Assembly (NCBI RefSeq): GCF_963921235.1
Contig: NC_086118.1
Location: 19,904,001-19,968,000, forward strand
Direction: 5' to 3'
Source of the DNA: Mobula hypostoma
Taxonomy: Eukaryota
Length of the DNA: 64,000 bases
Below are positions 1 through 13,373 of the stretch, in pieces. The position numbers and the translations under genes were made by a program. Below the pieces are notes generated by a model. It did not search any database and had not been told where the DNA came from. It saw only the letters and a list, made by a program, of their open reading frames with translations. Position 1 is the stretch's first letter. Each line of letters begins with the position of its first letter.

Positions 1-644
1 ACAACGAATTCCTGCAGAGGCACCGACCTTCAGTCCGCCCATCTGCAGAGCCATGGAGATCCCAGAACTCCGAAGGTGAGATAATCTCCTCGGCTGCACC
101 CTTGGCAATAATAAACCAATACAAATATCAATATATAAATGCACCCTATGGATGTACACCCAGCAAAAACTGTGCTGTTAATGCCACGCGGATGCTGAGA
201 AAATAGTAATGAACAGAGAAGTAACTTTTGTACGCATACTTCACGGGGTCAACAAGTCAGTTGTGATCCCAGGACCTGCTTTCTAGCTCTATCCAACTTA
301 TCCCCTAGAAAGTTTACAGATTGAAAACCAAAAAGCTGCAAATGTTGGAAATCTGAAGTAAAAACACAAAATGCTTGAAACACTAAGCAGAAAAGAGAAA
401 GAGAGTTAATGTTTTAGGCTGAAGAGCCTCCGCCAGAACAGAAGAGGAGGGAAATAAACAACTTAGTTTTAAGATGCAGGGAGGATGGTGAGGGATGGAT
501 TTAGCTTTGATAAGGTGAGCCAAGATTGCCATGATGATAAGCTGTTAATAAGCCAACTAACTGGTTGACAGTTTAATAAAGGGAGCTCAATAGAAAGAAA
601 TTGAATAAAAGAACAAGTTAAACATGAAATATTGGCTTGAGTTT

Positions 645-968
645 TAGAATCATAGAGTCATAGAGAAGTACAACAGAGAAATCGGCCCTTCTGTCCATAT
701 AGTCCATGCCAAAACCATTTAAGCTGCCTTCTCCCAATGACCTGCACTGGGACCATAGCCGTCCATACCCCTGCTCTCCAGGTACCTTTCCGAACTTCTC
801 TTAAACATTGAAATCGAGCTCGTATGGACCACTTGTACTGGCAGCTTATCCCATAAATTCATGACCCTATGAGTTAAGAAGTTTTCTCTTATGTTCACCC
901 TAAACTTCTCACCTTTCACCCTTAAGCCATGACCTCTGGTTGTAGCCCCACCTCAGCTCAGTGGGAAG
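645..968 (-). mobile_element. CR1 LINE 3' fragment
   Basis: ORF 719-919 resembles the CR1 ORF2 C-terminus (FLTHRVMNLWDKLP); CTATGA-type tail repeats near 645-665. Confidence 0.8.
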
Positions 969-1394
969 CTTTGTTTAAACTTGAAGCCAAAAAGAGAATG
1001 TTGGCAATTCCCTGTTGATTAAACAGTTCCTGTGGATAGAGAAAGACTGAATTAGCATAACCAGTAAATAACCCTGTGAAAGAACAAGCTAGCTTTCTCT
1101 GTTAGATCTGTTAAGTCCTTTTAATTTTCTATCATATTCACATTGTGACTTGCTTGTTTGTGGTCTTATGCAATGTTCCAACAAAGCTCAGTGAAGGTTT
1201 AAGATATAGCTTGTCATCTTCCATCAGGAGAAGTTTTAGTTTTCCAAAATAAATATTAAATCCAACAATGTTAGATAACATCGCAGGTTGTATCAAAATT
1301 GACCACTTTGGCTGTAGAATATCCATTTCTATCTCCTTTCTATATCCATTTCTAATATTAGATCATTTCTGCTTTCTCCATCAGTACTGCCTGA

Positions 1395-1635
1395 TCTCTG
1401 CCGGCCGCTGAGCAACAAACAAAGCCGAAGACTCAAGGCCTTCCCCTCGGAGATTTCGGATCACACAGCAGCGGCGGAAGCGAAACAAACAATTCAGAAG
1501 TTTCATCAGATGTTCCTCCGTACTCTCACGTCTGCCTCCATCAAATCAGAATTGTGCACGGCATCCTACTTGACAGATAACAGATATTCATCTCCGGAGA
1601 GGCCGCGTGCACTGCGTCGCACCGCCAACTTCTCC
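1395..1635 (-). repeat. 5' part of an interspersed element abutting and truncating the adjacent CR1
   Basis: CpG-rich block whose minus strand begins GGAGAAGTTGGCGG (YY1-like); the CR1 RT frame stops matching at this junction. Confidence 0.45.
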
Positions 1636-4060
1636 TTTCTGCAATCTTCGACAATCCTCTACACTATCCACAACATCACCAACCTTTGTGTCATCTGCAA
1701 ACTTGCCAACCCACCCTTCTACCCCGACATCCAGGTCGTTAATAAAAATCACGAAAAGCAGAGGTCCCAGAACTGATGCTTGTGGGACACCACTAGTCAC
1801 AATCTGAATGTACTCCCTCCACCACCACCCTCTGCCTTCTGCAGGCAAGCCAATTCTGAATCCACCTGGCCAAACTTCCCTGGATCCCATGCCTTCTGAC
1901 TTTCTGAATAAGCCTACCGTGTGGAACCTTGTCAAATGCCCTATTAAGATCCACGTAGATCACATCCACTGCACTACCCTCATCTATATGCCTGGTCACT
2001 TCCTCAAAGAACTCTATCAGGCTTGTTAGACACGATCTGCCCTTCACAAAGCCATGCTGACTGCCCCTGATCAGACCATGATTCTCTAAGTGCCCATAGA
2101 TCCTATCTCTAAGAATCTTTTCCAACAGCTTTCCCACCACAGACGTAAGGCTCACTGGTCTATAATTACCTGGACTATCCCTATTACCTTTTTTGAACAA
2201 GGGGACAACATTCGCCTCCCTCCAATCCTCCGGTACCATTCCCATAAACAACGAGGACATAAAGATCCTAGCCAGAGGCTCAGCAATCTTTTCTCTCGCC
2301 TAATGGAGCAGCCTGGGGAATATTCCGTCAGGGCCCGGGGACTTATCTGTCCTAATGTATTTTAATAACTTCAACACCTCCTCTCCCTTAATATCAACAT
2401 GCTCCAGAACATCAACCTCACTCATACTGTCCTCACCGTCATCAAGTTCCCTCTCATTGGTGAATACTGAAGAGAAGTATTCATTGAGGACCTCGCTCAC
2501 TTCCACAGCCTCCAGGCACATCTTCCCACCTTTATCTCTAATCAGTCGTAACTTTACTCCTGTCATCCTTTTGTTCTTCACATAATTGAAGAATGTCTTG
2601 GGGTTTTCCTTTACCCTACTCGCCAAGGCCTTCTCATGCCCCCTTCTTGCTCTCCTCAGCCCCTTCTTAGGCTCCTTTCTTGCTACCCTATATTTCTCAA
2701 TAGACCCATCTGATCCTTGCTTCCTAAACCTCATGTATGCTGCCTTCTTCCACCTGACTAGAGAGACTCTTTATATGTTAGATCTGGCTTTACTCCATGC
2801 ACTATACTTGCAGTTCTCACATGACTTTTATCCTCCTCCACCTCACTATCTGCTCTAACACTCTGGTTCCCCTCCCCCTGCAAATCTAGCTTAAACCCCC
2901 CCTGGAGCAGCACTAGCAAACCTTCTCGCAAGGATGTTAGTCCCCCTTCAGTTCAGGTGCAACCCGTCCCATCAGAACAGGTCCCACCTTCCCTGGAACA
3001 AGGCCCAATTGTTCAGAAACATGAAGCCCTCCCTCCTACACCAACTCCTTAGCCACGTATTTAGCTGCATTATCTTCCTATATCTAGCCACACTAGCACG
3101 TGGCAAGGGTAGCAATCCTGAGATTGCAATCCTGGAGGTCTTGTCCTTCAACTTTGCACCTAACTCCCTAAACTCTCTTTGCACGACCTCCTCCTTCTTC
3201 TTATCCACGTCATTGGTCCCTACGTGGACCATGACATCTGGCTGCCCACCCTCCTTCCTGAGAATACAAAGAATCGATCCGAAATATCGCGGACCCTGGC
3301 ACCAGGGAGGCAACAGACCATCCGGGATTCTCGATCTCTCCCACAGAACCTCCTATCAGTCCCTCCAACTATCGAATCCCCTATCACTACTGCTCTCCTC
3401 TTTTTCCTCCTTCCTTTCTGAGTTGAGGGTTCAGTCTTAGTGCCAGAGACGCGACCACTGCAACTCGCCCCGGTAGGTCGTCTCCATCAACAGTATCCAA
3501 AACGGTATACTTATTGTTGATGGGAACGGCCACAGGGGTTCTCTGCTCTTTCTGTCTATTCCCCTTCCCTCTCCTGATAGTCACCCAGCTACCTGCCTCC
3601 TGACTTTTAGGGGTGACTATCTCCCTGTAACTCCTGTTTATTTCTGCCTCTGCCTCATGAATGATCTGAAGTTCATCCAGCTCCAGCTCCAGTTCCCTAA
3701 CTCGGTTTGTCAGGAGCTGCAGCTGGATGCACCTTTCGCAGGGGTAGTCATCAGGGACAATTGTACTCGCCCTGACTTCCCACATATTGCAAACAGAGCA
3801 CTTGACTGCCCTAACTGCTGCCTCCATTACCTACTCCTAAGTTAATTAGAGTAATTAAAAGAACTTACCTGGCCTTACCCCATTGGGAACAGGCTCATCC
3901 TCAGACTCTGCTCGCCGAAGCCTCTTGAGCCAAAGCCTTCCTACTCTGTCTCCCACTACTCCGTCACCCGCTCCGTTAATCTGTTCGCTTTTTAAACTCT
4001 CCCGCTGTCTCACAGGCCGACCTTCACGCGCTTGCACAGTTGTGCCCCGTTCAAACTGAT
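1636..4060 (-). mobile_element. CR1 LINE: 5'UTR, ORF1 and part of RT; endonuclease region deleted near 2760; 3' end truncated
   Basis: ORF1 pieces 3387-3827 (CSVC..CERC, leucine zipper) and 2972-3313 (HVGTND, SGNH esterase); RT pieces with PGPDG, NYRPVSLTS, QHGF, GVPQ.SVLGP, KFADD; frameshifts and stops. Confidence 0.92.
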
Positions 4061-4062
4061 TT

Positions 4063-5361
4063 AACATAGAAACATAGAAAATAGGTGCAGGAGTAGGACA
4101 TTCGGCCCTTCGAGCCTGCACTGCCATTTATTATGATCATGGCTGATCATCCAACTCAGAACCCCGCCCCAGCCTTCCCTCCATACCCACTGATCCCCGT
4201 AGCCACAAGGGCCATATCTAACTCCCTCTTAAATATAGCCAATGAACTGGCCTCAACTGCTTCCTGTGGCAGAGAATTCCACAGATTCACCACTCTCTGT
4301 GTGAAGAAGTTTTTCCTAATCTCGGTCCTAAAAGGCTTCCCCTCTATCCTCAAACTGTGACCCCTTGTTCTGGACTTCCCCAACATCGGGAACAATCTTC
4401 CTGCATCTAACCTGTCCAATCCCTTTAGGATTTTATACGTTTCAATCAGATCTCCCCTCAATCTTCTAAATTCCAACGAGTACAAGCCCAGTTCATCCAG
4501 TCTTTCTTCATATGAAAGTCCTGCCATCCCAGGAATCAATCTGGTGAACCTTCTTTGTACTCCCTCTATGGCAAGGATGTCTTTCCTCAGATTAGGGGAC
4601 CAAAACTGCACACAATACTCCAGGTGTGGTCTCACCAAGGCCTTGTACAACTGCAGTAGTACCTCCCTGCTCCTGTACTCGAATCCTCTCGCTATAAATG
4701 CCAACATACCATTTGCCTTTTTTACCGCCTGCTGTACCTGCATGCCCACTTTCAATGACTGGTGTATAAAGACACCCAGGTCTCGTTGCACCTCCCCTTT
4801 TCCTAATCGGCCACCATTCAGATAACAATCTGTTTTCCTATTTTTGCCACCAAAGTGGATAACTTCACATTTATCCACATTAAATTGCATCTGCCATGAA
4901 TTTGCCCACTCACCCAACCTATCCAAGTCACCCTGCATCCTCTTAGCATCCTCCTCACTGCTAACACTGCCACCCAGCTTCGTGTCATCCGCAAACTTGG
5001 AGATGCTGCATTTAATTCCCTCATCCAAGTCATTAATATATATTGTAAACAACTGGGGTCCCAGCACTGAGCCTTGCGGTACCCCACTAGTCACCGTCTG
5101 CCATTCTGAAAAGGTCCCGTTTATTCCCACTCTTTGCTTCCTGTCTGCTAACCAATTCTCCATCCACATCAATACCTTACCCCCAATACCGTGTGCTTTA
5201 AGTTTGCACACTAATCTCCTGTGTGGGACCTTGTCAAAAGCCTTTTGAAAATCCAAAGATACCACATCCACTGGTTCTCCCCTATCCACTCTACTAGTTA
5301 CATCCTCAAAAAATTCAATGAGATTCGTCAGACATGATTTTCCTTTCACAAATCCATGCTG
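4063..5361 (-). mobile_element. Young 5'-truncated CR1 LINE (RT C-terminal half, 3'UTR, TTTCTATG tail)
   Basis: Open frame from QHGF through FADD to the C-terminus; near-identical by eye to the plus-strand copy at about 62749-64000. Confidence 0.95.
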
Positions 5362-8300
5362 GATCATTGGAACCTCTTTTGGGGCAGGTGTGACCTGTAC
5401 AAAAAGGATGGGTTGCACTTGAACCCCAAGGGGACCAATATCCTGGCGGGGAGGTTTGCTAAGGCTATTGGGGAGAGTGTAAACTAGAATTGCTGGGGGA
5501 TGGGAACCGAACTGAAGAGACGGAGGAAGAGGCGGTTGGCTCACAAATAGAGAAAGCTTGGAGACAGTGCAAGAGGGAGGATAGGAAGATGATAGAGAAG
5601 GGATGCGTTCAAACCGTTGGTTTGAGATGTGTCTGTTTTAATGCAAGGAGTAGTATGAACAAAGCGGATGAGCTTAGAGTGTGGATCAGTACTTGAAGCT
5701 ATGATGTTGTGGCCATTACAGAGACTTGGATGGCTCAGGGGCAGGAATGGTTACTTCGAGTGCCAGGCTTTAGATGTTTCAGAAAGGACGGGGATGGGGG
5801 GCAAAAGAGGTGGGGGCACAGCACTGTTGATCAGAGATAGAGTCACGGCTACAGAAAAGGAAGAAGTCATGGAAGGATTGCCTACAGAGTCTCTGTGGGT
5901 GGAAGTTAGGAACAGGAAGGGGTCAATAACTCTACTGGGTGTTTTTTATAGACCACCCAATAGTAACAGGGATATCGAGGAGCAGATAGGGAGACAGATT
6001 CTGGAAAGGTGTAATAATAACAGGGTTGTCATGATGGGAGATTTTATTTTCCCCAATATTGATTGGCATCTCCCAAGAGCAAGGGGTTTAGATGGGGTGG
6101 AGTTTGTTAGGTGTGTTCAGAAAGGTTTCCTGACACAGTATGTAGATAAGCCTACAAGAGGAGAGGCTGTACTTGATCTGGTATGGGAAATGAACCTGGT
6201 CAGGTGGCAGATCGCTCAGTGAGAGAGCATTTTGGAGATAGTGATCACAATTCTATCTCCTTTATCATAGCATTGGAGAGGGATAGGAGCAGAGAAGTTA
6301 GGAAAGCGTTTAATTGGAGTAAGAAGAAATATGAGGCTATCAGGCAGGAACTTGGAAGCATAAATTGGAAACAGATCTTCTCAGGGAAACATACGGAAGA
6401 AATGTGGAAAATGTTCGGGGAATATTTGCGTGGAGATCTGCATAGGTACATTCCAATGAGACAGGGAAAGGATGGTAGGGTACAAGAGCCGTGGTGTACA
6501 AAGGATGTAAAGCTAGTCAAGAAGAAAAGAAGAGCTTACGAAAGGTTCAAAAAATTAGGTTAATGATAGAGATCTGGAAGATTATAAGGCTAGCAGGAAG
6601 GAGCTTAAGAACAAAATTAGGAGAGCCAGAAGGGGCCATGAGAAGGCCTTGGCGGGCAGGATTAAGGAAAACCCTAAGGCATTCTACAAGTGTGTGAAGA
6701 GCAAGAGGATAAGATGTGAGAGAATAGGACAGATCAGGTGTGACAGTGCAAAAGTGTGTATGGAACCAGAGGAGTATTCACTACGGAAAAGGATCTTGGA
6801 AATTGTAGGGATGACTTACAGCAGACTGAAAAGCTGTTCATGTAGATATTAAGGAAAAGGATGTGCTGGAGGTTTTGGAAAGTATCAAGCTGGATAAGTC
6901 ACTGGGACCGGATAAGATATACCACAGGCTACATGGGAGGCGAGGGAGGAGATTGCTGAGCCTCTGTTGATGATCTTTGCATCATCAATGGGCACGGGAA
7001 AGGTTCTGGAGGAACTGGAGGGTTGTAGATGTTGTTCCTTTATTCACAAAAGGGAGTAAAGATGGCCCAGGAAATTATTACACCAGTGAATCTTACTGCA
7101 ATGGTTGGTAAGTTGATGGAGAAGATCCTGAGAGGCAGGACTTATGAACATTTGGAGAGGCATAATATGATCAGGAATAGTCAACATGGCTTTGTCAAGG
7201 GCAGGTTGTGCCTTACGAGCCTGATTGAATTTTTTGACAATGTGACTGAACACACTGATGAAGGTAGAGCAGTAGATGTAGTGTATATGGATTTCAGCAA
7301 AGCATTTGATAAGATACCCCATGCAAGGTTTATTGAGAAAGCAAGGAGGCATGGGATCCAAGGGGATATTGCTTTGTGGATCCAGAACTGACTTGCCCAC
7401 AGAAGGCAAAGAATGGTTGTAGATGGGTCATATTCTGCATGGAGGTCAGTGACCAGTGGTGTGCCTCAGGGATCTGTTCTGGGGCCCCCTACTCTTCATG
7501 ATTTTTATAAATGACCTGGATGAGAAAATGAAAGGATGGGTTAGTAAATTTGCTGATGACACAAATGTTGGGGGTGTTGTGGATAGTGTGGAGGGCTGTC
7601 AGATGTTACAATGGGACATTGATAGGATGCAAAACTGGATTGAGAAGTGGCAGATGGAGTTCAACCCAGATAAGTGTGAGGTGGTTCATTTTGGTAGGTC
7701 AAATATGATGGCAGAATATAGTAATAATGGTAAGACTCTTGGCAATGTGGAGGATCAGAGGGATCTTGGGGTCCGAGTCCATAGGACACTCAGAGCTGCT
7801 GCACAGGTTGACTCTGTGGTTACGAAGGCATTTGGTGCATTGGCCTTCATCAATCGTGGGATTGAGTTTAGGAGCCAAGAGATAATGTTGTAGCTATATA
7901 GGACCCTGGTCAGACCCCACTTGGAGTACTGTGCTCAGTTCTGATCGCCTCACTACAGAAGGATATGGAAACCATAGAAAGGGTGCAGAGGAGATTTACA
8001 AGGATGTTGCCTGGATTGGGGAGTATGCCTTATGAGAATAGGTTGAGTGAACTCGGTCTTTTCTCCTTGGAATGATGGAGGACGAGAGGTGACCTGATAG
8101 AGGTGTGTAAGATGATGAGAGGCATTGATTGTGTGGATAGTCGGAGGCTTTTTCCCAAGGCTGAAATGGCTAGCACAAGATGGCACAGTTTTACAGTGCT
8201 TGGAAGTAGGTACAGAGGAGATGTCAGAGGTAAGTTTTTTCACACAGAGAGTGGTGAGTGTGTGGAATGGGCTGCCGGTGATGGTGGTGGAGGCGGAAAT

Positions 8301-8461
8301 GATAGGGTCTTTTAAGAGACTCCTGGATAGGTGCATGGATCTTCGAAAAATAGAGGGCTATGGGTAACCCTAGGTAATTTCTAAGGTAAGGACATGTTCG
8401 GCACAGCTTTGTGGGCCAAAGGGCCTGTATTGTGCTGTAGGTTTTCTGTGTTTCTATGTTT
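5359..8461 (+). mobile_element. CR1 LINE of a different subfamily: ORF1 end, decayed ORF2 (APE endonuclease and RT), 3' tail
   Basis: KDGLHLNP; endonuclease motifs NARS, GVFYRPP, MGDF..P, SDHN; RT QHGF and KFADD; TTTCTATG tail near 8440-8461; several stops. Confidence 0.93.
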
Positions 8462-9399
8462 TTAAGATGAATGTTTGGTCGATATTTTACTGTTTGTGAA
8501 GAAATGATTAATATATTTATTCGCAATGTTTTCTGTCTCATTCATCAGACTTGCAAGCCTGATTCACCCCACCCCAACCCGAAACTTAAAACAAACTTGT
8601 TTTCTCCTTTTCCAAGTTACGATGAAAGATCTTTGACCTGAAATATTAACTTTGTTTCTCTTTCCACAGACTCTGCACACTTAGGAAATGGTAGATGCAC
8701 AGTCAGGAAATACATATGTTCAAGATAATGAAATGGAAAAGAAAATTACAATGGGACAGACAGAGGGCTTAAAATTGCTCACAATACTCCAAATGCAGTT
8801 GGTCATGATGATGCAGAGAATATCATTGAAAGGAAGACTATGCTACTCACCGTTCCTCCTTCCTCTCAGCATCTCAATCGTCGCTGTCTCAAAGAGCAGT
8901 GTACAGGGCCCTCATTTCACCCCAGTCTGTCACTTCAACACAGGAAAGTGTGTAGCACTTTTGCAGTAATGCACTTTCATCACTGTTTAGCCATAATTCT
9001 CACCTTCTCCTCATTCAATCATGATCACGATCAAAGCCTGAGTGATTTACATACTTCATTCCCGAGCCCATTTGTTGAAATCCACTGACACTCAATGTTT
9101 ACTCTTACTGCCAGGCTTCATTTTGAATCCTTGCCAACAGTTAGTAGTGCATGCAAGATAGGAGAGTATTTGTAGAAATGACTAATGACAAACCTGGCAT
9201 GCACACCATAAAGCACTGCCACTTAATTAATAAAATTTCATTTAAAAGCTGATATTTGCTGGAAGCATCCAAATGAGCATGGCTGTACTCTCTGCTGAAT
9301 TAGCTTCATTCGCTCAAGACCTTCATCACTATTCCATCTATCTTACTCAGTTTCATTTTTAACGTGAGTTATGTCCTTCTTGAACACTAGCAATTAGGA

Positions 9400-10465
9400 G
9401 TCAACTACTTTGGTAGGTCTGGATCCTCTTGTTTGCCAAAAAAGACAAATATGGCAGTTTTCCCTCCCTGAAGAGCATTAAAAAGCTAGCAAGGCTTTTA
9501 TGTCAGTCCAGGAGTTTCATGTTCACTACTATTGATGCAAACTTTTTAATCCTGGATTTAAGTTCAAGTTCAAGTTTAGTTAACATTCAACCATACATGA
9601 ATGTAGCCAAATGAAAGAGCATTCCTCCAGGGCCAGGGCGCAAAACACATTACCAACAGCACACAGCACTCTGCCCATAGCCCGTAGCTCAACTAGTCGA
9701 TATGGTTTACGATTTCAGAAAAACATTCAGTCACAGAGAGGGCAAAAATAATAATATAGCCCAAGTCCCTTTGCAGCATGACTAGATAGATAAGTTGTCT
9801 TGGTCCAGCTTGTTCTTGCAGCAAGCAAACACTGCAGGGCAGCATCAAGTAAACACCAGAGAGCAGCATTGAGTGAGCAATGGAGAGCAGTACCGACGGG
9901 AGGGGACAGAATCCAACCCAGCACGGGTCCCAGCTCACCCCACAGAGGCTCCCCACACTGCTTTAGCACCTTCTCCCCTGGCTGGCTGCAAAAGGCGACC
10001 CTGAGGCCGAGGCCTAGGCCTAATCCTTGCCGCACACAAGGCAACACATCTCCCCTACAATCAGTCTAGCCAATGAAGCAGTGAACCAGACTTACAATAT
10101 TCTGTTACCAATGTCCAATTGGGACTTGCAATTGCAATAAAAACGTCCAAGGTAATCAAGATAATCACTCACACTGTGCACTGTCCAAGTATACAACAAG
10201 TACAGGCGACAACACAACAATAATATGCAAAAAGACCAGCTCCATCACTATCAAGCAACTTCTTGATGGGATAGTCCTGAAGTACTAGATGTCCTCAGTA
10301 TCTAGCAGTACTTACGACCGTAAAGAAGATATATACAAGCCAAACATTTATTTAACTAATTAAATTTAAATTCCCCTGCTGTAATGGTGGGATTTGAACT
10401 CATTGATCTGGGTCAATAATACAGGTTTCCAAACAGTAATTCAACAACTAACCATTATGCTATTG
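9400..10465 (-). mobile_element. Old tRNA-derived (Deu/SacSINE-like) SINE split by an insertion at about 9560-10345
   Basis: Minus strand has A-box-like TAGCATAATGG and B-box-like GAGTTCAAATCC near 10390-10462; the body appears to resume at 9400-9560. Confidence 0.55.
9560..10345 (-). mobile_element. Non-coding retroposon with (GAACTT)n 3' tail
   Basis: AAGTTCAAGTTCAAGTT tail on plus at 9560; ATTTA on both flanks (possible TSD); no credible ORF. Confidence 0.5.
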
Positions 10466-11091
10466 TCTCTGTTCACCTAGATAATTTGTGAAATTTAAAT
10501 AATTCTGTTTAAGTTTGCCCACCTTTATCAAAACTGAAGGACTTTATTCATTAACTTAACATCTTCCATTTATATGCAGTCTTTAATTGCTATTGAAAGC
10601 TGTTTTTTATAATACTTGGCTGGTGAAGAAATGTTATGGCAGAAAATCCAGAAAAAAAACTTACAAAAGTGTAGGGTAGGTAATGTAAAAAACTTGGGGC
10701 ATAGTGCTAGATTTTAAGGGGTGTTTTAGAGGAGGGAAATCAATCTAGAGATGGAGACCTTGGAAGCTGTTCACATGACTGGCAATAGTGGAGTGATTAA
10801 AATAAAAACTGGTTGATGCTAAGTAGGACCCATAGGCATCAATCACGTTGAAGTCAAATCATTTTGTTAGTGTAATAAGAACATAAACAGAATAGATACG
10901 TGACTTCATTTTCCATGCATGTGATCTTGCTTGCTTGCAAAGGGCTTTTCATGAAATAGCAACAAGCTAATAATCCTATGTCTAAACTTGATATTTCAGT
11001 AACCATAACTTCACATGTCACGTTCTACGGGGAGGAAAGCAGTATTTTCTTTAGAGACAGTAATAATGTGCTCACAATCCATGCTGTGCTT

Positions 11092-11256
11092 TGACCATAA
11101 GACCATAAGAAATAGAGCAGAATTAGACCACTCAACCCAACGAGTCTGCTCCACCGTTTCATCATGGCTGATTTGTTAGCCCTTTCAACCCCATTTTTCT
11201 TGCCCTTTGACACCCTGACTAAGAACCTATCAACCTCTGCTTTAAATATACTCAAT
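11092..11256 (-). mobile_element. CR1 3' end fragment
   Basis: GACCATAA tail repeat; minus frame SIFKAEVDRFL. Confidence 0.75.
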
Positions 11257-13373
11257 CCTTCTGGTTCCTTGGGCTAAAGCCTTAAATCTGCAGCATACTG
11301 CTGGGATGTAATTGATTTATCTCAGCTGCGCTAAAGCAGACTCTGCTGTCAGTATGTCATTGGATAGGCTCAGCATGACTCCCTTTGGTCACACAATGTT
11401 CAAATTCCATCCAAATAATATTGTTTCCAGGGGAGCAACTCTCAATCACCTTTCTTCAGTCTTGTGCAGATATTGCTTAAAGGTACAGTACATAAATATA
11501 AAGCTTTGCAATAAAAGCTAAGTGAATACTACTATCCATTTTGTAATGGAGAACTAAGGAACAAGTTAAAAAGTACCATACATAGCAGTTGCACCATGGA
11601 AACTGGTGATTAATTTGCTCGTGTTTATGCTCCAGTTGAACCTCCTCTCTCCCTTGTTAACTTGACTTTCTTTGCCCGCAGCTCGAACATGTTGCGCTTT
11701 GCGTTGCCCCAGTACAGCTCATTCCCCCGAACCAACCTCACTTCCGCTTGCCTCCTCACTGTCTCTGCCAATGGATCACCACAATTTGCTTCATGAAAGA
11801 AATGGTTTTAGTTGACTCTCTTGCCTTGTGATTTACCAGTAAGCTCTCATAAATCTTCGGTAGCGCCATCTTAATCCGGAAAACAGAAATCCAGTATATG
11901 CTATTCATTTCAAAGTTCAAGTTCAAATTTCAAAGTAAAATTTGTTAGCAAAATATGTCACCATATACAACCCTGAGATTCAATTTCTTGTGGGCATACT
12001 CAATAAATCTATAGAATAATAACCATAACAAAATCAACGAAAGACTGTCAAATTTAGTTGATCCCCACAGGTTATGATCAAAGCTAGGTATTGCTGTCAC
12101 ATAAGACTCAGAAATTTTAATTCATTTTTAATAGTTCTGTTCCTTAAAGGTAATTCAAGTGAATGCATCTTCGATGTGGATATTAGAATAAAGATGATAC
12201 TGCAATGTATGCATAATGCAAGTGCCCAAGAATGAATTTCTACCCCAAAGTGTTCAGAATTTTCTCATTACTTGCATTACCTGAACACCAATATAATCAT
12301 CACTGTTCAGCCATTTCAAATGTTAGATTTCATTCAACTGTGTACTCATTATGCTAATAGTGATGGTTTGGGCATATTTCATGCAGAACTATAGTAAATC
12401 AAAGCTATATTAAAGACAGGTTCTGATCAGATTGCAGGCTGCTGTTCCAGCTTGAAAATGCAAAGCTCATCATCATTAGCATATCATAATTAATGTTACT
12501 ACAAAAGACTTACCATTTTAGTATGTACTTAATTGCAAGGCTGGGGGAGTAATTATGTGAGAGCTGTCTATTTACTGTTAGTTTATTTATCTGAAAGGTT
12601 TGAGATGATCAATCACACTTCAGTCACCTCTTTCCAAAAATGTCAAAATTATGGCGGGAGAGGAGGTGGAGGAAGTGTGGGTGGGAGGAGAAGGCTATTT
12701 GTTCCTTGCAGAAGACTGTTACAGATTCTATTCTGTCTGTCAGAGAAGTTTTTGAATAAACTGGAGCCAGAAGTAAGAACAAGCAACTATTCTCCCCAAC
12801 AAAATGAAGCCATTAAATGATCTTTTAAGCTTGTTAAACAAGCATTTTTCCAGAGAGGGCATCTAAGTGGCTAAAATTTCAAAATCTTCCCTCATCATGA
12901 GCAATTTAATGAGGATTTGATAAAGCAAAATTTACTCTCAGTAGCCATTTTGTTTGGTACTAGGGTATGGTCTTCTGCTGCTGTAGCCTGTCCACTTCAA
13001 GGGTCAACGAGTTGTGCTTTCAGAGAGGCTCTTCTGCACACCACTGCTGTAACATGTGGTTATTTGAGTTACTGTCACCTTCTTGTCAGTTTAAATCAAT
13101 CTGGCCATTCTTCTTTCACCTCTCTCATTAACAAGACGTTTTCGTCCACTGAACTGCTGCTCACTGGACGTTTTTGTTTTGCACCATTCTCGGAAAACTC
13201 TAGAGGCTGTTGTGAATGAAAATCCCAAGAGATCAGCAGTTTCTGAAACACTCACACCACCCCGTCAGACACCATGGTCAAAGTCACTTAGATCTCATTT
13301 CTACCCGACTTTGATGTTTGGTCTAAACAACACTGAGTTTCTGCCACATGACTGGCTGATTAGATATTTGCAT

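Noticed and set aside
4156..5544. 462-aa ORF as a novel RT gene
   Set aside because: Its first 60 or so codons are the antisense strand of the neighbouring CR1; it is a chance fusion with a non-ATG start.
8943..8980. Small hairpin GAAAGTGT..GCACTTTC as a microRNA
   Set aside because: Stem is too short and irregular for a pre-miRNA.
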